NCBI GenBank assembly: GCA_964016885.1
Contig: CAXHJY010001759.1
Location: forward strand, 1-64,000
From: Eledone cirrhosa
Taxonomy: Eukaryota
Direction: 5' to 3'
Length of the DNA stretch: 64,000 nucleotides
A program made the translations under genes and the position numbers. Below the pieces are notes generated by a model. That model made no database searches, had not been told where the DNA came from, and saw only the letters and a program-made list of their open reading frames with translations. Shown here in pieces: positions 18,963 through 31,621 of the stretch. The number at the start of each line of letters is the position of its first letter. The first letter of the stretch is position 1.

Positions 18963-19162
18963 ATAGGAACAAGTGAGACCCCGACGGCTGAGCTCAAGCC
19001 GTTTCGACGGCTAATTCTGTGGTTGTGAGAATTAGCCGTCGAAACGGCTTGAGCTCAGCCGTCGGGGTCTCACTTGTTCCTATTACCCACTCTACTACCC
19101 TAAGTATTGAGTACTTTGGTGCGTTATGGTCCACCTGGTTCCTTACCACATTTCCTTCGTTA
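18963..19162 (+). mobile_element. Family A palindromic element
   Basis: Inverted arms surround a ~10-nt spacer at ~19019-19028, and the terminus is the same as in the other A copies. Further copies are at 28570-28712, 34770-34930, 43103-43264, 60500-60640 and 61581-61735. Confidence 0.75.
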
Positions 19163-19313
19163 TATATATATATATATATATGCAAAAGTTCTATTTAAAA
19201 TTGTTGGGATACAACAAGTAAATATTTTTATAACTGATATAAAGCACTCGACAAGTATTTGGAGTAGATATACGATATTAATAAATGGAAACTATATTTA
19301 TAAAACCATATTT

Positions 19314-19376
19314 ATTTCATTATACATATTTCAGGGATACCAAATTAAATTATGGTATGCCTTCATCAGACAAAAT
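19314..19376 (-). ncRNA. Type I hammerhead motif (family K), left arm of palindrome
   Basis: Reverse complement of 19483-19545. Confidence 0.7.
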
Positions 19377-19482
19377 ACAATATATAACAGTTTTACAAAT
19401 ACTATCCGGATGGCTTCCAAAAATAATGGTTGCATTTTAAAAGGGTACGTCAAAGCTTATTTGTAAAACTGTTATATATTGT

Positions 19483-19545
19483 ATTTTGTCTGATGAAGGC
19501 ATACCATAATTTAATTTGGTATCCCTGAAATATGTATAATGAAAT
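19483..19545 (+). ncRNA. Type I hammerhead motif (family K)
   Basis: ATTTTGT-CTGATGA-AGGcATACCA-taatttaatt-TGGTATcCCT-GAAA-TATGTA-TA-ATGAAAT. Stem I is 7 bp (2 G.U), stem II is long and stem III is minimal. Confidence 0.72.
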
Positions 19546-19748
19546 AAATATGGTTTTATAAATATAGTTGCCATTTATTAATATCGTATATATATATATA
19601 TAGTGGTGGAACACTGGAAAGTAATATCCGTAGTGGTAGAGCACTCAGTCCAAGGGACGAGTTAGGTAGAAGTGGTTACACAACAGTTAGTTCACCATAC
19701 CGAGAACAATTGTTTTCAGTATGGTGAACTAACTGTTGTGTAACCACT

Positions 19749-19783
<35 letters not shown>

Positions 19784-19844
19784 CTCTCTCTATATATATA
19801 TATATATATACATATATAGAAGTGGTTACACACCTTAGCTCGGA

Positions 19845-20640
19845 TCCGAGTTTGGAGATTAAGGAAGTGGATGGTTTCTTGTACTTTCGCAGTTTTATGA
19901 ACACAGAGCAGGATGTGGACACCAGGATTGATAAAGGTATGATTGGAGGGTTCTCTGAACTCTATATCAAAAGTGTGGAAGTCTCCAATCAAGAAAACCA
20001 CAAAAATAAGGCTATTCAAAGCAACAGATGAGTCCATTCTTCTCTATGTATGTGAGTCATGGACACTGATAAAAACACCCATAAAGAGTAATAATTGTTT
20101 CTACTTGTGGCACAAGGCCAGCAATTATCTCAGTGTATTACTGGTACTTTATTTTATCGACCCCGTACGGATAAAAGGTAAAGTTAACCTAGGTGGGATT
20201 TGAACTCAGAACACAAAGGGCCGTAACTCTTTGCTGCAAAGCATGGCGTCCGACCCTCCACCGATACTGTCAATCCAAGGCCAATCCTAATAATAATTGT
20301 TTCTACTTTTGGCCCAAGGCCAGCAATTATCCCAGTGCATTACTGGTACTTTATTTCATCGACCCCTTAAGAATGAAAGGTAAAGTAAACCTCGGCGGGA
20401 TTTGAACTCAGAACGTAAAGGGGCATAACTCTATGCTGTAAAGCATGGTGTCTGACGCTCTACCGATGCTGCCAATTCACCGTAATAATGGTACATTCAC
20501 CTGGATGTTGAGAAAGGATCAGAGCATGTCCTGGAAAATGCTCGTAGCAAAGAAATCATTATTTGTGACATCATAAGGTGTAAGAGGCTCGCATTAGCCA
20601 GACATGTGATATGTCAGAATGAACCAGCTGGCAGAGACTC
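19845..20640 (+). mobile_element. Decayed RTE-like LINE reverse-transcriptase C-terminal fragment interrupted by two S1 SINEs
   Basis: Reads VWKSPIKKTTKIRLFKATDESILLYVCESWTL before the SINEs and, with frameshifts, WMLRK..SWK...KRLALARHV after them. Confidence 0.6.
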
Positions 20641-20799
20641 CCTTCCTCATCTTGTTCCTGTGAAATGGGCTCGTTCAATATAGTAACCGAAGTAAATATG
20701 AAAGAACAGCCGAACTCCCACTGTCATCGCCTCCATCTCTCTCGCTCTCCCCATATCTCTGTATGGTGAGCAAACGGGGTCCCACGTGCTGGCCTCCCC

Positions 20800-21040
20800 C
20801 CACACAGCCCCGGCGGACAGAATGGAGAAGGCGTTTCCCCGGAGGATGGTAAGGGAGATGCGTTGGAAGAGCCATTCCAACTTGCGAGGCTCACACCTGC
20901 GGCTGGCCAGCTCAGCGCCTATGGTGGTGAGTAGGGAGGTAACCCTAGGGTCAAGGACACCAGAAGTCTCCACTGCCAAGGGCACGACCGCGAACCTGTC
21001 GGAGAGCACCCGGTTCCTTGTATCATTTAGCAACATGGCC
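20800..21040 (-). mobile_element. CRE-like non-LTR retrotransposon C-terminal (RLE) fragment
   Basis: VPLAVETSGVL...LFQRISLTILRGNAFSIL resembles the P.A.ET.G...QR.S..I.RGNA motif at the end of CRE-clade ORFs. The stretch is locally GC-rich. Confidence 0.65.
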
Positions 21041-21065
21041 AATCCACCACCCTAATAATTTACCT

Positions 21066-21867
21066 AATAATGGTTTCTGCTTTAGGAACAACGCTAGCAA
21101 TTTTGTGGACTTGGAAAATCGCTTAAATCGACCCCAGTGCATTACTGGTACTTAATTTTATCGACTCCGTTAGGATGAAAGGCAAAGCTAACTAGCCTCG
21201 GTGAGATTTGAACTCAAATCATAAAGGGCCATACCTCTATGCCGAAAAGCATGAAGTCCGACACTCTACCGATATTACCAATCCACCGGCCTTGTAATAA
21301 TTGTTTCTGTTTTTGGCACAAGGCCAGCAATTACCCCAGTGCATTACTGCTACTTTATTTTATCGACCCCGTAAGGATAGGATGAAAGGCAAAGCTAACC
21401 TCGGCCTGATTTGAACGCAGAACATAAAGGGCCGTAACTCTAGACCGCCAAGCTTGTCCGACGCTTTACTGATTAATAATTGTTTCTACTTTTTGGCACA
21501 AGGCCAGCAATTATCTCAGTGTATTACTGGTACTTTATTTTATCGACCCCGTTAGGATGAAGGGCAAAGTTAACCTCGGCGGGATTTGAACTCAGACTGT
21601 AAAGGGACGTAACCAAGCTAGAAAGCATGGCGACCAACCCTCTACCGATACTGCCAATTCACCGCCCTCTACCGATTAATAATTGTTTCTAGTTTTGGCA
21701 CAAGGCCAGCAATAATCCAGTACATTACTGGTACTTTATTTTATCGACTCCGTAAGGATGAAAGGCAAAGTTAACCTCGGCGGGATTTGAACTCAGAATG
21801 GCAAGGGCCGTAACTCTAAGCGTCAAAGCATGGCGTCCGACCCTCTACCGATACTGCCAATTCACCA
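21066..21867 (-). mobile_element. Four head-to-tail S1 SINE copies
   Basis: Units start at ~21066, 21295, 21476 and 21677. Other S1 copies are at 20090-20482 (two), 25560-25765, 25908-26098, 37605-37790, 48590-49010 (two) and 51648-51772. Confidence 0.85.
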
Positions 21868-22222
21868 ATAAGACCGCAAATAAAATCCGAAGACTCCAAG
21901 CCGGTTTTTATAAACAACTTTCGAATGACAACTAGAAATCTCTCTTTCTCTTTAACTAACACCCGTTCTGCTATTTTCTTATTCCTGGTGTTATAGTTTA
22001 TCTGTGATGATATTTATCTGTGTGATATTTATCTGTGTGATATTTAATCTAATCTTCCATTCTGTTTCCTTATTCCGTTATTTTGTCATTCTTTCCTTCT
22101 TCAAATATCAACTTTTCTTCTTTTTCTTCTTCTTCATCATCATCATCATCATCATCTTTTTCTTCTTCTCCTCCTCCTTATCTTTTTATCATCATCATCT
22201 TTTTCTTCTCTTTCTTCTTCAT

Positions 22223-22278
<56 letters not shown>

Positions 22279-25165
22279 TCTTCTTCTTCTCCCCCTCCTC
22301 CATTTAAGACCCAGTATTCTGCTAATTCTTAATTCTCTCTGTTCGCTAAACAACCAATCCCAGTACTCCAGTATACTATAATATATATTCCTGTCATTCC
22401 GTCGTTCTCTATTCCTATTTGTTTATATATTTGTTTATTCTATTATTCTGTCATTCTTCTTACTCATGGTTTTAATGTTTGTTGCTAGCGATAGACACTG
22501 CAGAGTTAGACAATATCAATAGCCACAACAGTAGTGGTGGTGGTAGTAGTGGTAGTAGTGGTGGTGGTGGTAGTAGTGGTGGTGGTAGTGGTAGTGGTAA
22601 TAGTGGTAGTAGTGGTGGTAGTAGTGGTGGTGGTGGTGGTGGTGGTAGTAGTGGTAATAGGGGTAGTAGTGGTGGTAGTAGTAGTGGTAGTGGTAGTAGC
22701 GGTAGTGGTGGTAGTAGTAGTGGTGTTAGTAGTAGTAGTAGTAGTTGAAGTAGTAGTAGTGTAAGTGGTGGTGGTGGTAGTAGTGGTAGTGGTAGTGGTA
22801 GTAGTAGTGGTAGTAGTAATGGTAGTAGTAGTAGTAGTCGTAGCAGTAGTAGTAGTAGTAGTAGTAGTCGTAGCAGTAGCTATAATCGTTTCTGAATTAT
22901 GCTCTAGGCCAACAATTGGGGGGGGGGGGGGGGCGATTAAATCAACACCAGTGCGTTACTGGTATTTTATTTTCTGTAGCCGAAAAACCTCCCATATTTT
23001 ACTCAGTTTTCTTCTTTGTCCCTCTGTTCCTGAGAGGATCATGGAGGCTGAAGTCCCCAAACACTCCTTCCAGTTGTAATAATTAACAAGAAGAGAAGAA
23101 ATTATTTCATACAAGATTTCACAGCCTTAGCATCAATCCTTGATAGTCAGTATCATCATCATCATCATCAACATTTAACATCCATTTTTCCACGCTAGCA
23201 TGGGTTAGACGAGTTGTCCTCTAGGCCAGGCCAGGTGACCATGTCTTGCTCATACAGAACTGATTTTTGGCTTGGTTTCTACAGCTGGATGCCCTTCCTA
23301 ACACCAACCACATTTACAGTGAGTACTGGGTACCTTTTGTCATGACACCTACATGACCACTTTACAATGGGTTAGGGTTTTGGTTTGGTATAGTGGCCAA
23401 GGCGAGGATTAAAGTTAGTTTTGGTAGGGATAAGTTTGGAAAGGGTAGACCCGCTCCACAGAGCAAGATGGTTGAATAACATATATGAGCTCATCTGGTC
23501 TCCCTTGGGAATTCAACCAGATCAATTGGAAATGGTAGCTTCTTTTGACAGGACCCGGTGGAGGGAGTGTTTGAGGACTTTGCCAACTACTAACCTCCCA
23601 GGAATAGATGGATGGAGTAGAAGAAAAGGAAGAAGATGGTGAGGAAGAAGAAAAGGAAGAAGAAGAAGAAGAAGAAGAAAAGAAGAAAAGAAGAAAAGAA
23701 GAAGAAAAAGAAGTAAAAAAAGAAGGCAAATAAGAAGAAGCAGAAGAAGTCAAAAAAGAAGTCAAAAAAGAAGAAGGCGAAGAAGAAGAAAAAAGAAAAA
23801 GAAAAAGAAGTAAAAAAAGAAGGCGAAGAAGAAGAAGAAGAAGGCAAAGAAGAAGAAGCAGAAGAAGAAGAAAAAGAAAAAGAAGAAGAAGAAGAAGAAG
23901 AAGAAAGAAGTTTGGAAAGGTACAACTCAGTAGAATTGTTTTTAGTGATCGTGAAAAACAACCTTTTCTATTTTAACATAATTAAAAACAAAAATGACAA
24001 ATACACGGAACAAAAAACAAAATGAAATGAAAAAGAAACGAAAAACGAAACCAGATTGTCAACTTTTTGTTTCGAAAAAACAAAAAATTAAAAAGGTTAA
24101 GAAAATTGTTATTTCTGACCGGTAAAGTCTGGAATGTTTGATAGATAAGGTTATCGATGTATTGTTTATCGAACCTTTAAAAGGGATGTATGTGGGATGG
24201 TAATTTTGGGGGGTTTTTTTTTTGGGGGGGGGGGGTCTTAGAAGGTAACAACGAAAAGAAAGACGCGACGGAAAACATGTTTTTTGTATCGACTCGTCTG
24301 TATATAATTGTTTTTAATTTAATTAATTTTGTCGGCTGCTGTTGACGTCGTCGTCGTCATTGTTGTTGTTGGTGGTGGTGGTGATAGTGGTGTTGTTGTT
24401 GTTGTTGGTGATAGTGGTGTTGTTGTTGTTGTTGTTGTTGGTGTTGGTGGTGATAGTGTTGTTGTTGTTGTTGGTGGTGGTGGTTTTATTGTCGTTGTTG
24501 TTGGTGGTGATGGTGATAGTGGTGTTGTTGTTGGTGTTGGTGGTGATAGTGTTGTTGTTGTTGTTGTTGTTGCTGTTGCTGTTGTTTTTGTTGTTGTTGC
24601 TGTTGTTGTTGTTGTTGTTGCTGTTGCTGTTGTTGGTGGTGGTTTTATTGTCGTTGTTGTTAGTGGTGATGGTGATAGTGGAGTTGTCGTTGCTGCTGTT
24701 GTTGTCATTGTTGTTGCTACTGCTGTTGTTGTTGTTGTTGTCATTGTTGCTATTGTTGCTGCTGCTGTTGTTGCTGTTGTTGTTGTTGTCATTGTTGCTG
24801 TTGTTATTGTTGTGGTTGGTGCTGTCTTGTCGTTGCTGTTATTGTTGTTGTTGTTGTTGTCGTCGTCGTCGTCGCTGCTGCTGTTGTTGTTATTGTCGTT
24901 GTTCTTGCTGATGTTGTTACTGTTGTGTTAATGCTGTTGCTGTTACTGTTGTTGTTGTTGTTGTTGTTGTTGTTACTGTTGTTGTTATTGCTGTTGTTGT
25001 TTTCTACCCACATACCATCTCATCCCCAACTCCCCCACCCCCAACTATGTTCAGCCTTATACCCATCATTAAGGTTTCTTTCTTTCTTTCTTCCTTTCTT
25101 TCTTTTTCCTTTCTTTCGTTCTCTCTTTGTTTCTTTCTTACAAATCACTCTGTCTCTGTCTCCCC

Positions 25166-25209
<44 letters not shown>

Positions 25210-25530
25210 CTCTCTCTCTCTCGCTTTCTTTAGACTTTATGTAAAGTGCCTGATTTCATTGTCATTTTGGCTGCTATTTCTAGCAAATCGAGTAACTATT
25301 CCACTTTGTAGCAAGTTATCTATCTCTCTCTCTCACACACTCTCTCTCTCTCTCTCTATCTGTCTGTCTGTCTCCATCTCTCTCTCTCGTAGTTTCTTGG
25401 GTCTTTGACTGTTACTGCTGCTACAAGTGTACTTCCAGAAGAAATAATAATAAAAGTAGTAGTAGTAGTAGTAGTAGTAGTAGCAGCACTAGTTGTGGTA
25501 GTAGCAGCAGTAGTTGTGGTAGTAGTAGTA

Positions 25531-25563
<33 letters not shown>

Positions 25564-26884
25564 ATGGTTTCTGATTAAGGCACAAGGCCAGCAATTTTGG
25601 GGTAAGGGGAAAGTCGATTAAATCCACCCCACCCAGTGCATTACTGGTACTATATTTTATCGACCCCGTCAGGATAAAAGGTAAAGCTAACCGCGGCGAG
25701 ATTTGAACTCAGAACGTAAAGGGCCGTAACTCTATGCTGCAAAGCGTGTTTATCGACGCTCTACCGGTTACAGCCATTCCACTGATAATCGCAGCATTGA
25801 TGGTGATGCTGCTACTACTACTACTACTACTACAATTACCACCACCACCACTACCACCACTACTTCTACTATAACTACTACTACTACCATTATTACTACT
25901 ACCACCAGGGCGGTGAATTGGCAGTATCGGTAGAGGGTTGGATGCCATGCTTTGATGCATAGAGTTACGGCCCTTGCCATTCTGAGTTCAAATGCCGCCG
26001 AGGTTAACTTTGCCTTTCATCCTTACGGGGTCGATAAAATAAAGTACCAGTAATGCACTGGGTAATTGCTGGCCTTGTGCCAAAAGTAGAAACAATTATT
26101 ACTACTACCACTACTCCTATTACTACCACTACTACTACTACTACGACGACGACGACCACTACTACTACTACGACCACCACCACCACTAGTACTACTACTA
26201 CAATTATCACCACCACCACTACTATTACTACTACTACTCCAACTACTACTACTACTACAAGAGCCCTACTATTATTACCCCCCATTTTTACCACTGTTCC
26301 GTTCCGTTCCAGTTCCATTCCATTTTTTTCATTTCCTTTTCCATTTTTCTATATTTCCATTCCATTCCATTCAATTTTCATAGATATCAATATTTCCTTC
26401 GGTTCCCCCCTTTTGCCTTTTATATGTGTATGTGTGTGTATTTGTATGTGCATGTGTTTGTGTGCCAGTGTGTTTGTATGTGTGTATGTTTGTGTGTTGC
26501 ATGTGTGTGTGGTTGTGTCTGTATCTTTGTGATTGTTTGTGCGTGCGTGCGTGTCTGTATGAGTGTGTGTGTTTGTGTGTTGCATGTGTGTCTGTATGTG
26601 TGTGTGTGTCTGTGTTTGTGTGTGTACGTGTATCTGCATGTGCACGTGTTTGTGTGTTTCTGTGCATGTGTGTGTCTGTATGTGGTGTGTCTGTGTTTGT
26701 GTATGTATGTGTGTCTGTATGTGTATGCATGTGTATGCATGTGTCTGTGTGTATATATGTGTGTCTGTGTGAGTATGTTTGTGCATGTGTGTGTTTTTTT
26801 CGTTTTCGTTTTCGTTTCGTCGGCTCCATTCCACATTTTGGTAGCAACTGGCTGCCTCAGCAGTCGGGCAAAAATTCACGGAGT

Positions 26885-26893
26885 CGCCATATT
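26885..26893 (+). promoter_or_regulatory. YY1/Pho-like motif CGCCATATT in CpG-containing unique sequence just upstream of the Dvl ATG
   Basis: Matches CGCCATnTT, lies ~30 nt before the ATG, and is within a short non-repetitive stretch (26790-26920). Motif match only. Confidence 0.35.
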
Positions 26894-26919
26894 AAGTTAG
26901 TTTGTTGTTCCCCTCTGGA

Positions 26920-27080
26920 ATGGAGGAAACCAAAATTATATACCACATTGACGATGAGGATACTCCATACCTAATCAAGCTCCCTATTGCTGCAGATCGA
27001 GTAACGCTCGGTGATTTTAAAAATGCCCTCAACAGACCCAATTTCAAATTTTTCTTTAAGTCTATGGATGACGATTTTGG
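26920..27080 (+). CDS. Dvl: Dishevelled, first coding exon (N-terminal DIX domain)
   Basis: The ATG at 26920 reads [54 protein letters not shown], matching the Dishevelled DIX N-terminus (ETKIIYH..DE.TPYL.K...VTL.DFK..L....[11 protein letters not shown]). It ends at a phase-2 donor GG|gtgagt (27081), the same position as intron 1 of vertebrate DVL genes as I recall them. Exon 2 (VVKEEI...) was not found downstream by eye. Confidence 0.93.
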
Positions 27081-27456
27081 GTGAGTATTGCTTGTTATAC
27101 GTACACACACACACACATATATATATATGTATACGTATGTATATAAATATACGTACATATACACACGCACACTTATTCATACATACATGGATATATATAT
27201 ATATATTGACGTTGATCGGTACACAAACACACATATATATATATTTACATTGAGATCGGTACACACACACACATATATATACATTGATTCATATATACAT
27301 GGATAAATATATATATATATGTATATACATATATACTTTGATTTGTACATATACACACGCACATTGATTTATACATGGATATATATATATGTATATATAT
27401 TTGTTACATGGTTCACGAACACACTTGCCTGCAACATTGATTCATATATACATGGA

Positions 27457-27523
<67 letters not shown>

Positions 27524-27827
27524 TTTGATACTTACATACGCCGATCGATACACATACACATATATATATAAATATATATGCATGTGTATGTATACACACC
27601 CTCCTACACACATGCATGTAAACTATTTTATATACAAACAGTATTTCCGTACATACATACATGCTTGCATGCATATATTTATTCATTTTATTATAGAAAT
27701 CACCTCTACAGGACTAGATCTGTTTCATTCGTAAGAAATCATGAGGAAAACCTGATAATTTTATCAGCTTCAGTATTTATCTGTATATATATATATATAT
27801 ATATAGATATAATTAATATAGAAATGG

Positions 27828-27874
27828 CTTCTACAGGACTAGAACTGTTTCATTCGAAAGAAATGATCAGGAAG
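27828..27874 (-). ncRNA. Family B hammerhead, core-mutated (CUGAUCA); related copies with CUCAUGA at 27703-27749 (-) and 29444-29490 (+)
   Basis: CTTC-CTGATCA-TTTCTTTCGAAT-GAAACAG-TTCTAGTC-CTGTA-GAAG. Stem I here is CTTC/GAAG versus ATTC/GAAT in the 18668 copy, a compensatory change. Confidence 0.6.
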
Positions 27875-28308
27875 TTGCTCTATGTATGAGTACCTTACTT
27901 ACTGTGGTTACCCCCGATTGAAACCGGGATACACACACACACATATATATATACATATACACATATATATATGAAATTTACATGTATGTACATAGACGTA
28001 CGCACATGAATACACACGCACACACAGATATATACATATATATACACACATTATCATCACTATTTTATATGATGCTGTATATATATATATATACACACAC
28101 ACAAACATATATATATATATGTACACACACATATATATATATATACATACGCATAGTTCAGATTCGTTTGTCATTGATGTCGACATCAATAATAGACGTA
28201 CGGACACACACACATGCACCAAAATACACATATACACAAATATGTATGTATATATATATATATTTACCTGTGTGTGTGTATATATATATATACATATATA
28301 TACACACA

Positions 28309-28466
28309 CAGGTAAATTTCCGTTATAACGAATACCATTATAACGAATTTTTTTTCAATCACCGGCCACATGCTCGATGTGTTAGGTCGATCTCGTTATA
28401 AAGAATTTTTCGTTACAACGAATTTTTTTTATACCCCGTGAATTTTCTTATGACGGCATTTCACTG
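28309..28466. mobile_element. Tigger/pogo-like MITE
   Basis: Has imperfect TIRs caggtaaatttccgttataacg / cttatgacggcatttcactg, internal cgttataacg repeats and a TA at the right end. Confidence 0.55.
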
Positions 28467-28498
<32 letters not shown>

Positions 28499-28539
28499 AA
28501 TGAAGTAATTCCATCGGAAAAGTCCAGGAAAAAAGAGTG

Positions 28540-28573
<34 letters not shown>

Positions 28574-28999
28574 CGAAGGAAGTGTGGTAAGGAACCAGGT
28601 GGACCATAACGCACCAGAGTACTCAATACTTTGGGTAATAGAGTGGGTAATAGTCCAGAAATAGCTGTCGAAACGGCTTGAGCTCTGCCGTCGGGGTCTT
28701 GAACATTTTCCTTTATATATATATATATATATAAATGAATATATATGTGTGTGTATGCACGATTACACACATTATTTTTCTAAATAGAAAGGGGGCTGTG
28801 ATTTCGAAGTTTTAGTTCAGTCCCTTCATCTGGTTGTCAGACGAGGTCGACTATGCTCTAACTTCGAAGTCACTGATACTTTTCTATTTACTAAATAAAT
28901 GTCTACACTCTACCCACCAGTATTGAGTACTCATTCAGGTAATGTCTGAATCTCATATACTACGGTATTTTAAACATATATATATATATATATATACAT

Positions 29000-29312
29000 A
29001 CACAGCCCCCCCCCCCCCAAAAAAAAGAAATGTATACACACTTCAACAACATTCTAATGAAAGTGTGTAGACATTTTTTGGGACACACTCTCTCTCTCTC
29101 TCTATATATATATACAAATACAAGGGTGTCTCAAAAAAATGTATACACACTTCAACAACATTCTAATGGAAGTGTGTAGACATTTTTTGGGACACACACT
29201 CTCCCCCTCTCTCTCTCTATATATATATACAAATACAAGGGTGTCTCAAAAAAATGTATACACACTTCAACAACATTCTAATGGAAGTGTGTAGACATTT
29301 TTTGGGACACTG
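29000..29312. mobile_element. Three tandem ~80-bp Mariner-type mini-MITEs
   Basis: The unit is gggtgtctcaaaaaaatgtatacacact...agtgtgtagacattttttgggacac. A solo copy is at 13208-13281. Confidence 0.55.
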
Positions 29313-29612
29313 GATGTAAATCGGCAGGTAACTAATTAAAACAGGTACTCAATACGTCAGTAGAGTATTTATTTAGCATATTTATTTTATAGAAATGACT
29401 TCTACAGGACAAGATCTGTTTCGTTGTGAGAAATCATTACGTCTTTCCTCATGATTTCTTACGAATGAAACAGTTCTAGTCCTGTAGAAGTCATTTCTAT
29501 AATGAAATGAATATACCTATACTTTATTAACGTATTGAGTACTTATTTTGATAGTGGTCGCTTCCCTATTTACACACAAACACACATATATATACACACT
29601 TACACACACACA

Positions 29613-29660
<48 letters not shown>

Positions 29661-29763
29661 TATATACAAACATATATATACAGACATATACACTCACATA
29701 TACAGATATATATATATACAGACACACACACATATATATACATATATATATACACACACACAC

Positions 29764-29806
<43 letters not shown>

Positions 29807-29897
29807 TATAAATACATACACATATATAGTGTACACACATAGACACACATATATAAATACATACACACATATATAGTGTACACACATATATATACAT

Positions 29898-29948
<51 letters not shown>

Positions 29949-30230
29949 TATATATACACATATACACACATTTATATATATATACATACACACATATATA
30001 TATATACATACACACATATATATATATACACACACATATATATATATACACATATATATATACATACACACATATATATATACATACACACATATATATA
30101 TACATACACACACATATATATATACATACACACACATATATATATACATACACGCACATATATATATACACACATATATATATATACACACACACATATA
30201 TAATATATACATACACACACATATATATAT

Positions 30231-30261
<31 letters not shown>

Positions 30262-30295
30262 CACACACACATATATATACAGACATATATACACT

Positions 30296-30336
<41 letters not shown>

Positions 30337-30758
30337 CTATTTCTAGGAATATATTATATATATCATCATCTGCTAGATGATTCTGTTATATTTACTCTCG
30401 TGCTTGTTGGTCTCAGCTCCCCCAAATCTTCAACATTTCGCAGACATTTCCAGTAAAAATGGCAAATATTTCTTCCATTGTCATATGGAAGAAGGAAATT
30501 TATATTGCCAATCTCTCTATCATGTCTGGGTCGCCTCTTTTTTTTTTTTCCATTCTTCTCCTATTCAATATTCAACCCCTATTCGTTGTCTTCTATATAA
30601 AAAAAAAAGGAGAAATATACGCGTTGTGTGTTTCTCTCTGTGTGTGAATGGGTGTATATATATATATATACGTATTTATACTTGATACACATATATATGT
30701 TGTATATTTGTATATACATACACACATTTTTTTTATGTCCAACTATCTGAGATCATCT

Positions 30759-30802
<44 letters not shown>

Positions 30803-30922
30803 CTTCAAATCTCGTCTTTCTTTGTTTCATATGTGAGGTTTATATATATATATATAAATAGAGAGAGATGGGGGTATCTTGACCATGAAAGTACTCAATA
30901 CATTGGAAAATGCAGAATGGGA

Positions 30923-30953
<31 letters not shown>

Positions 30954-31032
30954 ATGTATTTTTTGTTCGTGGGAAGAATGCAGATGTATAATAACGTACT
31001 CACTACTCAGTGTGTAGATTGTCGTGTGTGCT

Positions 31033-31064
<32 letters not shown>

Positions 31065-31170
31065 TACACGCATCTGCATACATGTATATGTTGCTGTGTC
31101 TTTGTAGTTCAGATAGGAATGAAAAACTTATTCCACACGATATATGTTTATTAATTGCTACACACACAAC

Positions 31171-31342
31171 CAGAGTCGTCTTAACGTATGGGCACGCTGG
31201 GCAGTTGCCCGGGCCCCCCCACGAGTATGGGGAGAGGGGCATGGTAATCTATGAATGTAGCGACTTGCTGTCAATTGATAAATACTATACTATATAGTAA
31301 GATCTGCCCGGGGGCCTATAATGCTGGTAAGACGTACCAGAG
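31171..31342. mobile_element. hAT-like MITE with 8-bp TSD
   Basis: The ends are cagagtcgtcttaac / gtaagacgtaccagag, flanked by cacacaac at 31163-31170 and 31343-31350. Confidence 0.6.
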
Positions 31343-31361
31343 CACACAACCTCGTTATATA

Positions 31362-31621
31362 CAGTTGTCCCCCGGTATTCGCGGGGATCACGTTCCTAGA
31401 GTACCCGCGAAGAGTAAAAAACCGTGAATATTGGTAAATAGAGTAAATAGAATATTGGTAAATAGAGTAAAAATACCTATAAACGTCAAAACAACGTAAA
31501 ATATAGGCCGGCAAATACGGTATAACGTTAAACAGCATGAAAATATATATATTGTCACGAAAAAAGCCATTAAAAAATCGCGGAAGATATTTACGATTCC
31601 GCGAATGCCGTCTGTACACTG
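31362..31621. mobile_element. Tigger/pogo-like MITE
   Basis: Reads TA|cagttgtcccccggtattcgcgg ... ccgcgaatgccgtctgtacactg|TA. Confidence 0.65.
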
